Assembly: GCA_947442105.1 (NCBI GenBank)
Contig: CANEVH010000017.1
Coordinates: 2,548 to 66,547, forward strand
DNA length: 64,000 nt
Source of the DNA: Comamonadaceae bacterium
Lineage (GTDB): Bacteria; Pseudomonadota; Gammaproteobacteria; Burkholderiales; Burkholderiaceae_C
Direction of reading: 5' to 3'
Shown here: piece by piece, positions 45,339-54,818 of the stretch
Numbering within the stretch: the first letter of the stretch is position 1
Layout: every line of letters starts with the position of its first letter
Made by a program: the position numbers and the translations under genes
The notes under the pieces: model-generated
What the model was told of the DNA's origin: nothing
What the model saw: the letters and a program-made list of their open reading frames with translations, nothing else
Database searches by the model: none

Positions 45339-46040
45339 TTATTCCTTGGAATGTGCGGCGTCCGCGCCGCCGTGGCCTTGCTGCACGGCCAGCAGCTCGC
45401 GCACATCGCGCGCAAAGCCGTCCAAATCGGCCTCAATGCGGGCAATCACGCGGCCCAATATGTTGTAGCCCAGCACCGCTGGAATGGCCACCGCCAGCCC
45501 GGCGGCGGTCATGATGAGCGCCTCGCCCACCGGAGCGGCTATTTTGTCGATGCTGACCTGGCCCGCGCTGGCCATGGTGATGAGCGCGAGGTAAATGCCC
45601 CACACCGTGCCCAGCAAGCCCACAAAAGGCGCCACGGCGCCCACGGTGGCCAGCAGCACCTGGCCCGATTGCAGCCGACGCAAGCTGATGTGCAAGGCGT
45701 CGCGCAGCACGCGCGTGAGTTGCGCCGCCACATCGCCCGCGCCGCCCAGGCTGCGCGCCGCGCGAGACTGCGCCACCTGCGTCTGCGCGGCAGCCACCAG
45801 GGGCAGCATCAGCGCGCTGCGGTCAAAGGACTGTATGGCCACAGTGGCAGCGTCCAGATCAGCGGCCTGCCAAAACGCCGCCGTGCTGCGCTGCACGTCC
45901 ACCACGGCGCGGCGCAAGAGCAAGGTTTTCCAGACGATCACCACCCAACTGCCCACGGACATCGCAAGCAGCACCAGCGCCACCGCGTTGTGCACCGCGT
46001 CACCTTGGAACAAGGCCATCAGGCCAGCGATTGGATTCAT
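45339..46040 (-). CDS. exbB: MotA/TolQ/ExbB proton channel family protein
   Basis: The 233 aa protein has the conserved C-terminal [24 protein letters not shown]. Confidence 0.88.
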   Translation of the reverse strand: MNPIAGLMALFQGDAVHNAVALVLLAMSVGSWVVIVWKTLLLRRAVVDVQRSTAAFWQAADLDAATVAIQSFDRSALMLPLVAAAQTQVAQSRAARSLGGAGDVAAQLTRVLRDALHISLRRLQSGQVLLATVGAVAPFVGLLGTVWGIYLALITMASAGQVSIDKIAAPVGEALIMTAAGLAVAIPAVLGYNILGRVIARIEADLDGFARDVRELLAVQQGHGGADAAHSKE

Positions 46041-46900
46041 TTCAACCCCAGCACGTCAAACATGTCAAACAAGCCATTTTTCTGCCCTGCCAGAAAGCGC
46101 ACCGCCCGCAAGCTGCCCTGGGCGTAAGTGGCGCGGCTGGACGATTTGTGGCTGATCTCGATGCGCTCGCCGGTGCCCGCAAACAGCACCGTGTGGTCGC
46201 CCACAATGTCGCCGCCGCGGATGGTGGCAAAACCGATGCTCGACGGGTCGCGCTCGCCAGTTACGCCTTCGCGGGCGTAGACGGCGCAGTCTTTCAAGTC
46301 GCGGCCCAGCGCGCTGGCGATCACCTCGCCCATCTTGAGCGCCGTGCCCGAGGGCGCGTCCACTTTGTGGCGGTGGTGGGCCTCGATGATTTCAATGTCG
46401 TAGCCGGTGGACAAGGCCTTGGCCGCCATTTCCAGCAGCTTCAAGGTCACATTCACGCCCACACTCATATTGGGCGCCATCATGATGGGAATGGTTTGGG
46501 CCGCCTCGGCAATCTCGGCCTTTTGCGCCTCGCTAAAGCCGGTGGTGCCGACGACCATGCCCACGCCCAGGGCCCGACACGCTTGCAGGTGCGCCATGGT
46601 GCCCTCGGGGCGGGTGAAGTCGATCAGCACCTGGCTGTGCTGCAAACCGGCATGCAGGTCGGCGGTAATGATCACCCCAGTGCTTTTGCCCGCGTAAGCC
46701 CCGGCGTCTTGGCCCATGGCCGGGCTGCTGGCAATGTCTAACGCACCGGTCAGGGCAAAGGCGCTGTCGGCGCGCAGGGCCTCAACCAGCATCTGGCCCA
46801 TGCGGCCGGAGGCCCCGGCAATGGCAACCGAAATTGCGACCTTGGGGGCGACCGGGATGGCGACCTTGATGGCACCCGTGTGTGTCGATGTCTGGACCAT
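46037..46900 (-). CDS. dapB: 4-hydroxy-tetrahydrodipicolinate reductase
   Basis: The start is ATG 46900. It has the NAD motif AGASGRMG and the catalytic [15 protein letters not shown]. Its stop overlaps the exbB start (ATGA). Confidence 0.92.
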   Translation of the reverse strand: MVQTSTHTGAIKVAIPVAPKVAISVAIAGASGRMGQMLVEALRADSAFALTGALDIASSPAMGQDAGAYAGKSTGVIITADLHAGLQHSQVLIDFTRPEGTMAHLQACRALGVGMVVGTTGFSEAQKAEIAEAAQTIPIMMAPNMSVGVNVTLKLLEMAAKALSTGYDIEIIEAHHRHKVDAPSGTALKMGEVIASALGRDLKDCAVYAREGVTGERDPSSIGFATIRGGDIVGDHTVLFAGTGERIEISHKSSSRATYAQGSLRAVRFLAGQKNGLFDMFDVLGLK

Positions 46901-46979
46901 CCGTCTTGCTCCCTGTTGAATTGCTTGGCTAAATCTTCCGCTCCCCATTGCCCTGCAAGGCCTGCCGCCCTGGCGCAGG

Positions 46980-47546
46980 CTAGCGGGTAGGCGGCTCCAG
47001 CGGCGGATAACTGGACAGGCTGGGCGCCGCCACTACCGGTGCGCCGGCCTGCGTGGGGGCTGGCAGGGGGTATTTGGCCAAAGACGCCTCCGAGGCTTCC
47101 AAGGACTTGGGTTGCGGGGGTGAACCGGGCTTGCGCAGGCTCGCCACAAAATCTGCCTCGCTGGGCAGCGGGTCTGCCTGGATGCGTTCGAGCCGGTCAT
47201 CCTTGAAAAACACGGTGACGTGGCGCTCTTGGGGGGGCAGGCCCTGGCGTTTGATGGTGAAGGTGTAGTCCCAGCGCTGCGCATGGAAGGGGCTGGCCAG
47301 CAAAGGCGTGCCCAACACTGCCAGCACCTGGGCGCGCGGCGCGCCAATTTGGAGCGCCGCCAACTGTTCGCTGGTCACCACATTGCCCTGCACAATGTCC
47401 ATGCTGTAGGGAGTGAGCGCTGTGGGAACCCAGCTACCCAAACCGTCGTTGCCAGCGCAGCCAGACAAGGCCAGCACGGTGGCCAACAGACATACATGGT
47501 GGCGCACAGGGGCCAAAAGGCGGTGGGCGAGGGGTGTTGAAATCAT
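46980..47546 (-). CDS. bamE: Outer membrane protein assembly factor BamE (SmpA/OmlA)
   Basis: The start is ATG 47546. It has the lipobox LALSGC, a SmpA/OmlA core ([19 protein letters not shown]) and a Pro-rich C-terminal tail. Confidence 0.8.
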   Translation of the reverse strand: MISTPLAHRLLAPVRHHVCLLATVLALSGCAGNDGLGSWVPTALTPYSMDIVQGNVVTSEQLAALQIGAPRAQVLAVLGTPLLASPFHAQRWDYTFTIKRQGLPPQERHVTVFFKDDRLERIQADPLPSEADFVASLRKPGSPPQPKSLEASEASLAKYPLPAPTQAGAPVVAAPSLSSYPPLEPPTR

Positions 47547-47630
47547 CAATGAAGGGGGCGCTAAGATCAGATCATTGTAGCCTTGCCCCCCACCCTCGCC
47601 CCCTGCTTCACTCCTTGAGACCGCAGCGCC

Positions 47631-48074
47631 ATGACCAACATTCACGAACTCAAAAGCACCGGGCTCAAAGCCACCATTCCCCGGCTCAAGATCTTAGAAG
47701 TCTTTCAGCGCGGCGGGCAGCGCCATATGTCGGCCGAAGACGTGTTTCGCGTGCTGCTGCAAGAGCGCGCCGACGTGGGCCTGGCCACCGTGTACCGCGT
47801 GCTCACCCAGTTTGAGCAAGCCAGCATCCTCAACCGCAGCCAGTTTGAAGGCGGCAAATCGGTCTACGAGCTCAATGAAGGCCAGCACCACGACCACATC
47901 GTCTGCCTGGACTGCGGGCAGGTGGAAGAGTTTTACGACCCCGAGATAGAGCGCCGCCAACAGGCCGTGGCCGCCTCCAAAGGCTTCACCATCACCGACC
48001 ACGCGCTCAGCCTGTACGCTACCTGCAACAAGCCAGACTGCCCGAACCGCGCCAGACTGCGCGCGGCGCCTTGA
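47631..48074 (+). CDS. fur: Ferric uptake regulator
   Basis: The sequence has TIPRLKILEVF, a winged-helix region, the HHDH motif and the CLDCG and CNKPDC cysteine pairs. Confidence 0.92.
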   Translation: MTNIHELKSTGLKATIPRLKILEVFQRGGQRHMSAEDVFRVLLQERADVGLATVYRVLTQFEQASILNRSQFEGGKSVYELNEGQHHDHIVCLDCGQVEEFYDPEIERRQQAVAASKGFTITDHALSLYATCNKPDCPNRARLRAAP

Positions 48075-48215
48075 TGGCTCAGAGCACCTGCAAAGCCACT
48101 GTGATCAAGGGCAAAGCGCCTGTTTTGAGCAAGCGCTTGCACTGCATTACAAAAACTTGTTCGGGTTGCTGCCTTGGTGTTTGGGCAGCGTTTGACTGAA
48201 AAACGCTTCGCTTTG

Positions 48216-48845
48216 CTATAAGCGCTGCGCCACCGTCGTCATCACCTTGGCCATGGCGCGCATCGCGGCTTGTACCGGCGCAGGCAGCACGGCGGCGCCA
48301 GCGCTGCGGGCGGCGTCGGCGTGGCGCAATTCGTCGTCACGCATTTGCGCCACGATGGCGCGCGAGGCGTGGTCGCCTGTGGGCAAAGCCTGCAAATGGC
48401 TTTCCAGGTGCGCGCCCACCTGGGTTTCGGTTTCCACCACAAAGCCCAGACTGACCGCGTCCCCCAGCCGCCCGGCCACCAGCCCCAGGCCAAACGCCCC
48501 GGCGTACCACAGCGGGTTGAGCAGTGAGGGCCGGGCGCCCAGGTCTTGCAAACGCTGCGCAGTCCAGGCCAGGTGATCGGTCTCTTCTATACAGGCGGCG
48601 GTGTAGTGCGCGCGCAAAGCCGAGTTCGCGGTGGCCAAGGCCTGCGCCGTGTAAAGCGCTTGCGCGCACACCTCGCCCACGTGGTTCACCCGCATCAGCC
48701 CTGCGGACTGTTGCTTCTCAGCGTCGCTCAGCGTGGTCGGCCCTTCGGCCAGCGTACGGCAGGGTTTGGACGCATGCGGCGTGGCAAACAGAGTGCGAAG
48801 CGCCGTGTCGGCGGCGGCAAAAAGGCGGTCGGTAAAGGTAAGCAT
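48216..48845 (-). CDS. coq7: Demethoxyubiquinone hydroxylase (Coq7 family di-iron protein)
   Basis: The start is ATG 48845. Four di-iron helix motifs are present ([32 protein letters not shown]). Confidence 0.88.
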   Translation of the reverse strand: MLTFTDRLFAAADTALRTLFATPHASKPCRTLAEGPTTLSDAEKQQSAGLMRVNHVGEVCAQALYTAQALATANSALRAHYTAACIEETDHLAWTAQRLQDLGARPSLLNPLWYAGAFGLGLVAGRLGDAVSLGFVVETETQVGAHLESHLQALPTGDHASRAIVAQMRDDELRHADAARSAGAAVLPAPVQAAMRAMAKVMTTVAQRL

Positions 48846-49131
48846 GGCCCCAAGGATAGCCACAAAGCGCCACTGGCCTCGTGCGCATGCTCTTGTGCCC
48901 TGCCACGCCAACAAGCCCCAGCGAGCCCAGCACCGCGCCGCTGCGCTCCCGCGCCTCGTTTTGTTGCGCCGTAGCAACAACACACTGCCAAATAGGCCCT
49001 GAGAACCGGCTTTCCTTTGCCAAAGCCACCCCGGTCTGGTGCAATGCACTCAGCTTCCGTTCGCAGAAGCTGGTGCGGCGATTCAAATTTACGGAATCAG
49101 CATCCTTTGATTAACCTTGGAGAATTTTTAA

Positions 49132-50346
49132 ATGAAAAAGACCCTTATTGCATTGGCTGCTGTCGCAGCAGTGGGCGGCGCGTCTGCCCAAGTGTCGATT
49201 TACGGTACCGTGGACGCGGCTGTAACCCAGTACAGCTCCGAAGGAAACAGCAAAACCGGCTTGGGTAATTCTCAACTCGGCTCCAGCAAACTTGGCTTCT
49301 CCGGCGTTGAAGACCTCGGCGGCGGCATGAACGCCATCTTCAAACTCGAAGGTGGCCTGGCCAACGACTCAGGCGTTGGAAAAGCAGCCAACACCAGCAA
49401 CCAGGCGGCCAATGGCGGCGCAGGTTCTTTGACCTCGGTGGGTGGAACCCAAGGCTTGGTGTTTGGGCGCTACGCTTATGTGGGCGCAAACGGCGGCTTT
49501 GGCGAAGTGCGTTTGGGCCGTGACTACACCAACACCTTCTTGTTCACCGTCACCACCTACGACGTGTTTGGCACCAATGGCCCGGCCGACTCTTCGGCCA
49601 TGACCTTGAACCTGGCAGCGCGCAACGGCGTCGCCACTTCCGCCAACGCATCAAACATGGTCGGTTACGCATCCCCCAGCTTCGGCGGACTGCGTGTGCG
49701 TCTGCAAAGCTTCTTTGGCGAAAACACCAGCAACGCCTCCAACGCAGGCGACGGCGATGGTTACTCGGCTCAAGTCGGTTACGCCGCTGGCCCGCTGTCC
49801 GCATCTGTTGGCCAACAGCAGACCAAAGGTACGGCAAAGGCTGCAACTCCCACGACCGCAAATACCGGGACTGGCGCAGTAACCGCAGCGACCCTCGCCC
49901 AAACCGGCAACTACACCCAAACTGCAGTTGGCGCCTCATACGACTTTGGCATGGCCAAAGTGATGTTTCTGAGCACGCGTGAAGAACTGGTCGGTGCGGC
50001 GACCTCTACATCGCTGACTGCCACATCGACCAACGTCACCAACATGATCGGCTTGAACGTGCCGGTTGGCGCGATGAACTACAAGCTGTCTTACGCCTCG
50101 GCTTCGCAAAACTCTGGCGCTGCCGGTGCCAAAGACAACACGGGCACCTTGACCGGTCTGGGCATGGACTACGCCTTGTCCAAACGCACCAAGTTGTATG
50201 GCACTTACAGCACGGTGACCAACGACGGCGGCAAAGCGTATAGCGCTGCTGGCGTGAACGGCGCTGCTGGCACAACAGTGGCAGGCAGCACGCCAGCCAA
50301 CCCGTCTTCCTCGGGTCTGGCACTGGGCATCAACCACACGTTCTAA
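49132..50346 (+). CDS. Gram-negative porin (Omp32/OmpC-like)
   Basis: It has the signal peptide MKKTLIALAAVAAVGGASAQ, then VSIYGTVD, and a C-terminal aromatic residue (INHTF). Confidence 0.88.
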   Translation: MKKTLIALAAVAAVGGASAQVSIYGTVDAAVTQYSSEGNSKTGLGNSQLGSSKLGFSGVEDLGGGMNAIFKLEGGLANDSGVGKAANTSNQAANGGAGSLTSVGGTQGLVFGRYAYVGANGGFGEVRLGRDYTNTFLFTVTTYDVFGTNGPADSSAMTLNLAARNGVATSANASNMVGYASPSFGGLRVRLQSFFGENTSNASNAGDGDGYSAQVGYAAGPLSASVGQQQTKGTAKAATPTTANTGTGAVTAATLAQTGNYTQTAVGASYDFGMAKVMFLSTREELVGAATSTSLTATSTNVTNMIGLNVPVGAMNYKLSYASASQNSGAAGAKDNTGTLTGLGMDYALSKRTKLYGTYSTVTNDGGKAYSAAGVNGAAGTTVAGSTPANPSSSGLALGINHTF

Positions 50347-50375
50347 ACCCCTTTACCTGACTTCGGTCGGTTCAC

Positions 50376-50440
50376 CTTGTTCGCTTCGAACAAGCCGGCC
50401 CAAGCATCCTTTTCCAAGGCGGCCTGGGCTGGTTTTATTT
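50376..50440 (+). terminator. Two hairpins followed by a T-run after porin 1
   Basis: The first hairpin is cttgttcg-ctt-cgaacaag (50376-50394). The second is ccggcccaag...cctgggctgg (50395-50432), followed by ttttattt. Confidence 0.45.
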
Positions 50441-50469
50441 CTTAACTTTTCAACTTAGGAATCCAAAAA

Positions 50470-51549
50470 ATGAAAAAAACTCTCATCGCAATCGCTGCCA
50501 TCGCAGCCATGGGCGCCGCTTCTGCTCAGGTGACTCTGTACGGCAAATTGGACGTGGGCGTGTCTTCTTCCACTAAAGACGGCGGCGTGAACCAAGGCGC
50601 CCAGTTCGGTTCTAGCAACTACGAAACCAGCCGCATCGGCGTTAAGGGTGGCTCCGACATCGCAGGTGGTGTCAAGGGTACGTTCCAAGTTGAGGGCAAG
50701 TTGGGAGCTACAGATGGCTCTTTCAAAGACTTTGGCCGCGTCGCAAACTTGGGCCTGACTGGCAACTTCGGTACCGTCAACGTGGGTCGCATGTGGACCC
50801 CTTACGACAACGCGTTCAATGACGCTTTGGAGTACAACAGTTTCTCCGCAATGGGCAGCGCCTTCTACGGTGGTGCACATGGCGATAACGGCATGGACGG
50901 CTCTGGTGGTTCCAAAAATGGCTTCCAGTACACCACTCCAACCTTCTCGGGCCTGAATGCTGTAGTTATGTACGGCTCCAACGCGGACGCGACGACCAGC
51001 ACCAGCGCGACCAACTACACCAGCGTGGGTGTGAACTTCGCCAATGGTCCTCTTTCGGTGAATTTTGCAACCGAGAAAGTTTTGACGAGCGTGCACAATG
51101 TGACTGCATCCCCATACAACGCTGCGACAGGCGCTGCAGAAGTCTCGGCGGCAGGCCTCGGTTTGGCAAGCTTGACCGGCAGCTACACCAACGCATGGAT
51201 CTTGGCAGGCTCGTACAACCTCGGTATTGCCACCGTGCATGCTGCTGCTGAAGGCGCGACGGCTGACGGCTTCGCTGCTGGGTCCGCCAAAGATAGCGGT
51301 ACTTCCGTAGGCGTGTCGATTCCGGTTAACAAGGCAACCACAGCTGCCTTGGGTTACGCCACTGAGTCAACTACCCTATCTGGTAAGTCTGACGGCAAAA
51401 TGACTGCCACCGGCGTGCAAGTCGTGTATGCATGGAATGCAGCAACAGCAATCTATGCAGGCTACCGCGCAACGGACACGACCGATCTGGGTTCCACCAC
51501 TGCTGTTAAAGCTACCAAGTTCGCTACTGGCGTTCGCTACAACTTCTAA
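50470..51549 (+). CDS. Gram-negative porin (Omp32/OmpC-like), second paralogue
   Basis: It has the signal peptide MKKTLIAIAAIAAMGAASAQ, then VTLYGKLDVG, and the C-terminal GVRYNF. Confidence 0.9.
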   Translation: MKKTLIAIAAIAAMGAASAQVTLYGKLDVGVSSSTKDGGVNQGAQFGSSNYETSRIGVKGGSDIAGGVKGTFQVEGKLGATDGSFKDFGRVANLGLTGNFGTVNVGRMWTPYDNAFNDALEYNSFSAMGSAFYGGAHGDNGMDGSGGSKNGFQYTTPTFSGLNAVVMYGSNADATTSTSATNYTSVGVNFANGPLSVNFATEKVLTSVHNVTASPYNAATGAAEVSAAGLGLASLTGSYTNAWILAGSYNLGIATVHAAAEGATADGFAAGSAKDSGTSVGVSIPVNKATTAALGYATESTTLSGKSDGKMTATGVQVVYAWNAATAIYAGYRATDTTDLGSTTAVKATKFATGVRYNF

Positions 51550-51591
51550 TTCCCTCGCTGGCCTTGATGCCAGCTTGAGAATTGCGAGTAG

Positions 51592-51627
51592 AAAAAAACC
51601 CCACTGCGACGACGCAGTGGGGTTTTT
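51592..51627. terminator. Bidirectional rho-independent terminator
   Basis: The structure is A7, stem ccccactgcg (51599-51608), loop acga, stem cgcagtgggg (51613-51622), then T5. It lies between porin 2 and the convergent OsmC gene. Confidence 0.8.
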
Positions 51628-51688
51628 GCTTTGCCGGCACGCAGTTTCGTAATGCCTTTCGACAAGGCGCGGCACGCTGGCCGATCGC

Positions 51689-52138
51689 TCAGGCCTCCAC
51701 CACATCAAACCCGGTAGTGATTTCGGCCGTCTTCCCCAGCATGATGCTGGCAGAGCAGTATTTTTCGTGGCTCATGGCGATGGCGCGCTCCACGGCATTG
51801 GGTGGGATGCCTTTGCCGGTGACGGTGAAGTGCATGTGGATTTTGGTGAATACCTTGGGGTCGGTGTCGGCGCGCTCGGATGTGAGTTTGACGCTGCAGC
51901 CCTGCACCGCGTGGCGGCCTCGTTTGAGGATGAGCACCACGTCATAGGCGGTGCAGCCGCCGGTGCCGGCCAGCACCAGCTCCATGGGCCGGGGCGCGAG
52001 GTTCTGGCCGCCGTTCTCGGGCTTGACGGCGTCTGGCGCGCCGTCCATCAGCACCGCGTGGCCGCTGCCGGTTTCGGCCACAAAGCCCATGCCCGAGCGG
52101 GTGCCACTGTTACCGGTCCAACTGACTGTGCATTCCAT
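51689..52138 (-). CDS. OsmC family peroxiredoxin-like protein
   Basis: The start is ATG 52138 (MECTVSWTG...). Two conserved Cys contexts are present (GGCTAYDVV and EKYCSAS). Confidence 0.85.
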   Translation of the reverse strand: MECTVSWTGNSGTRSGMGFVAETGSGHAVLMDGAPDAVKPENGGQNLAPRPMELVLAGTGGCTAYDVVLILKRGRHAVQGCSVKLTSERADTDPKVFTKIHMHFTVTGKGIPPNAVERAIAMSHEKYCSASIMLGKTAEITTGFDVVEA

Positions 52139-52222
52139 ACATCTGCTCCTGCAACGCGCCTGGCGACTGTCGCTGTGGCGCTGTGTGCCGATTATCATGC
52201 GCTACACCTCTGACACTCTGCC

Positions 52223-53908
52223 ATGACCACCCCAAAAACGACTCTTGTGCCCCGCGCCGTGCGGCCCACCAAACCAAGCCAGCGACCCGCTGTAGCCACC
52301 CCGACCGCCCCCCAAACCCTGGCCTTGTCCCCCGCCGACTACCTGATCAAAATTCTGAACGCCAAGGTTTACGAGGTGGCCCAGGAGTCGGCGCTGGAAT
52401 TGGCGGCCACCCTGAGCCAGCGCATTTTTAATACCGTGCTGCTCAAGCGCGAGGACCAGCAGCCGGTGCGCAGCTTCAAGCTGCGCGGGGCGTACAACAA
52501 GATGGCAAATTTGAGCGCGGCGCAGCTGAAAAAAGGCGTGATTTGCGCGTCTGCCGGCAACCACGCCCAGGGCGTGGCACTGAGCGCGCGGCGCCTGGGT
52601 GCGCGCGCGCTCATCGTCATGCCCACCACCACGCCGCAGCTCAAAGTGGACGCGGTGCGCGGCTTTGGCGGCGAGGTGGTGCTGTTTGGCGACAGCTACA
52701 CCGATGCTTACAACCACGCGCTTACGCTGGAGAAAAAACAGGGCCTGACCTTTGTCCACCCCTTTGACGACCCGGACGTGATCGCCGGGCAAGGCACGGT
52801 GGCGATGGAGATCTTGCGCCAGCACCCTGGGCGCCTGGACGCGGTGTTTGTAGCCATTGGCGGCGGCGGATTGGTCAGCGGCGTGGCCAATTACATCAAG
52901 GCGGTGCGCCCCGAGGTGAAGGTGATTGGCGTGCAAATGAATGACTCCAACGCGATGATGCAGTCGGTGACCGCCAAAAAGCGCCTGACATTGGCCGACG
53001 TGGGCCTGTTCTCGGACGGCACAGCAGTGAAGCTGGTGGGCGAAGAAACCTTCCGCGTAGCCAGCGGCCTGGTGGACGAGTTCATGACGGTGGACACCGA
53101 TGCGGTGTGCGCGGCCATCAAGGACGTTTTTGTGGACACCCGCTCTATCGTGGAGCCCGCAGGCGCGCTGGCGGTGGCAGCCATCAAGCAGTACGCCGCC
53201 AAGAACAAGGCGCGGGGCCAGACGTATGCCGCGATTTTGTGCGGCGCCAATATGAACTTTGACCGCCTGCGCTTTGTGGCCGAGCGGGCTGAGGTGGGCG
53301 AGGAGCGCGAGGCGCTGTTTGCGGTGACGATTCCTGAGGAGCGCGGCAGCTTCAAGCGCTTTTGCGCGCTGATTGGCGAGCTGCCCGGCGGCCCGCGCAA
53401 TGTGACCGAGTTCAACTACCGCATGCGCGACGCCGCGCAGGCCCATGTGTTTGTCGGCCTGACCACGCAAGGCGCGGGCGAGTCCGCCAAAATTGCCAAA
53501 AGCTTTGGCAAACACGGCTTTACCAGCCTGGACCTGACGCACGACGAGCTGGCCAAAGAGCACATCCGCCACATGGTGGGCGGCCACTCCAGCCTGGCGC
53601 AAGACGAGCGCATCTTGCGCTTTGTCTTTCCCGAGCGGCCCGGCGCGCTGATGAAGTTTTTGAGCCTGATGCGTCCGGGCTGGAACATCAGCCTGTTCCA
53701 CTACCGCAACCAGGGCGCGGACTATGGCCGCATTTTGGTCGGCCTGCAGGTGCCCAAGGCGGACAACAAGGCCTTTGCCCAGTTTTTGCTGGACCTGGGC
53801 TACCCCTATGTGGAAGAGACCGACAACCCGGTGTACCGCCTGTTTTTGCAAAACCCGGCGCCCGCCGCACTAGCCACGTCTGCCGCGCCCAAAGGCGCCA
53901 AACGCTGA
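52223..53908 (+). CDS. ilvA: Threonine ammonia-lyase, biosynthetic
   Basis: It has the PLP lysine motif SFKLRGAY and two C-terminal ACT-like regulatory repeats. A roughly 35 aa Pro/Thr-rich N-terminal extension leaves the start uncertain. Confidence 0.92.
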   Translation: MTTPKTTLVPRAVRPTKPSQRPAVATPTAPQTLALSPADYLIKILNAKVYEVAQESALELAATLSQRIFNTVLLKREDQQPVRSFKLRGAYNKMANLSAAQLKKGVICASAGNHAQGVALSARRLGARALIVMPTTTPQLKVDAVRGFGGEVVLFGDSYTDAYNHALTLEKKQGLTFVHPFDDPDVIAGQGTVAMEILRQHPGRLDAVFVAIGGGGLVSGVANYIKAVRPEVKVIGVQMNDSNAMMQSVTAKKRLTLADVGLFSDGTAVKLVGEETFRVASGLVDEFMTVDTDAVCAAIKDVFVDTRSIVEPAGALAVAAIKQYAAKNKARGQTYAAILCGANMNFDRLRFVAERAEVGEEREALFAVTIPEERGSFKRFCALIGELPGGPRNVTEFNYRMRDAAQAHVFVGLTTQGAGESAKIAKSFGKHGFTSLDLTHDELAKEHIRHMVGGHSSLAQDERILRFVFPERPGALMKFLSLMRPGWNISLFHYRNQGADYGRILVGLQVPKADNKAFAQFLLDLGYPYVEETDNPVYRLFLQNPAPAALATSAAPKGAKR

Positions 53909-53914
53909 AGCGCC

Positions 53915-54808
53915 ATGGCTGTAACGCTAGACGGCAAATTGGTGGTGGCAATCTCCAGCCGCGCGCTGTTTGACTTTGAGGAAGAAAACCAGCTTTTTGA
54001 GCAAGGCGACGACCGCGCCTACATGCGTTTGCAACTCGAACGCCTGGACGTGCCGGCCAAACCGGGCGTGGCGTTTTCGCTGGTGAAAAAGCTGCTGGCC
54101 TTTAACACGGAGGCCTCGCAGCGGGTGGAGGTGGTGATTTTGTCGCGCAACGACCCGGTGAGCGGCCTGCGCGTGATGCGCTCGGCGGCGCACTACGCGC
54201 TGCCCATCATCCGCTGCACCTTCACGCGGGGTGAGGCGCCGTGGCGCTACCTCAAGCCGCTCAAGGCCAATCTGTTTTTAAGCACGCACCTGAGCGACGT
54301 GCGCAGCGCACTGGACGCCGGCGTGCCCGCCGCGCAGGTGTACCCGCAATCCGCCCACGCCAGCAGCGCGCACCCCCATGAGGTGCGCATTGCCTTTGAC
54401 GGCGACGCGGTGCTGTTTAGCGACGAGGCCGAGCGCGTGTACCAAGACCAGGGCCTGAACGCCTTTCAGCAGCACGAGCAGGACAAAGCCGCCCTGCCCT
54501 TGCCCGACGGCCCGTTCAAGCCCCTGCTGGTGGCGCTGCACGCCTTGCAGCAAGCCGCGCAGCCGCAGATGCGCGTGCGTACCGCGCTGGTCACCGCGCG
54601 CAGTGCCCCGGCGCATGAGCGCGCCATTCGCACGCTGATGGACTGGAACATTGAGGTGGATGCGGCCATGTTTTTGGGCGGGCTGGACAAGGGCGCGTTT
54701 TTGCGTGAATTTGAGCCCGACTTCTTTTTTGACGACCAGACCGGCCACATCGAGTCCGCCGCGCGCCACGTGCCCTCGGGCCATGTGGCCAGTGGCGTGC
54801 GCAATTGA
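53915..54808 (+). CDS. 5'-nucleotidase (PF06189-like family)
   Basis: The N-terminus LVVAISSRALFDFEEENQLF and overall length match my memory of this family. No search was run. Confidence 0.65.
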   Translation: MAVTLDGKLVVAISSRALFDFEEENQLFEQGDDRAYMRLQLERLDVPAKPGVAFSLVKKLLAFNTEASQRVEVVILSRNDPVSGLRVMRSAAHYALPIIRCTFTRGEAPWRYLKPLKANLFLSTHLSDVRSALDAGVPAAQVYPQSAHASSAHPHEVRIAFDGDAVLFSDEAERVYQDQGLNAFQQHEQDKAALPLPDGPFKPLLVALHALQQAAQPQMRVRTALVTARSAPAHERAIRTLMDWNIEVDAAMFLGGLDKGAFLREFEPDFFFDDQTGHIESAARHVPSGHVASGVRN

Positions 54809-54818
54809 CGCAAGCCTG

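Noticed and set aside
47547-47630. A Fur box in the bamE-fur divergent region.
   Set aside because: Only a partial half-site (gatcagATCATTg) resembles the GATAATGATAATCATTATC consensus. That is too weak to call.
48120-48215. The palindrome GCAAGCGCTTGC and the hairpin agcgttt-gactga-aaacgct between fur and coq7, as terminators.
   Set aside because: No adequate T-run follows on either strand, so I did not call them as terminators.
52202-53851. A 549 aa minus-strand ORF.
   Set aside because: It is antisense to ilvA, which has clear PLP and ACT motifs. It is a shadow ORF.
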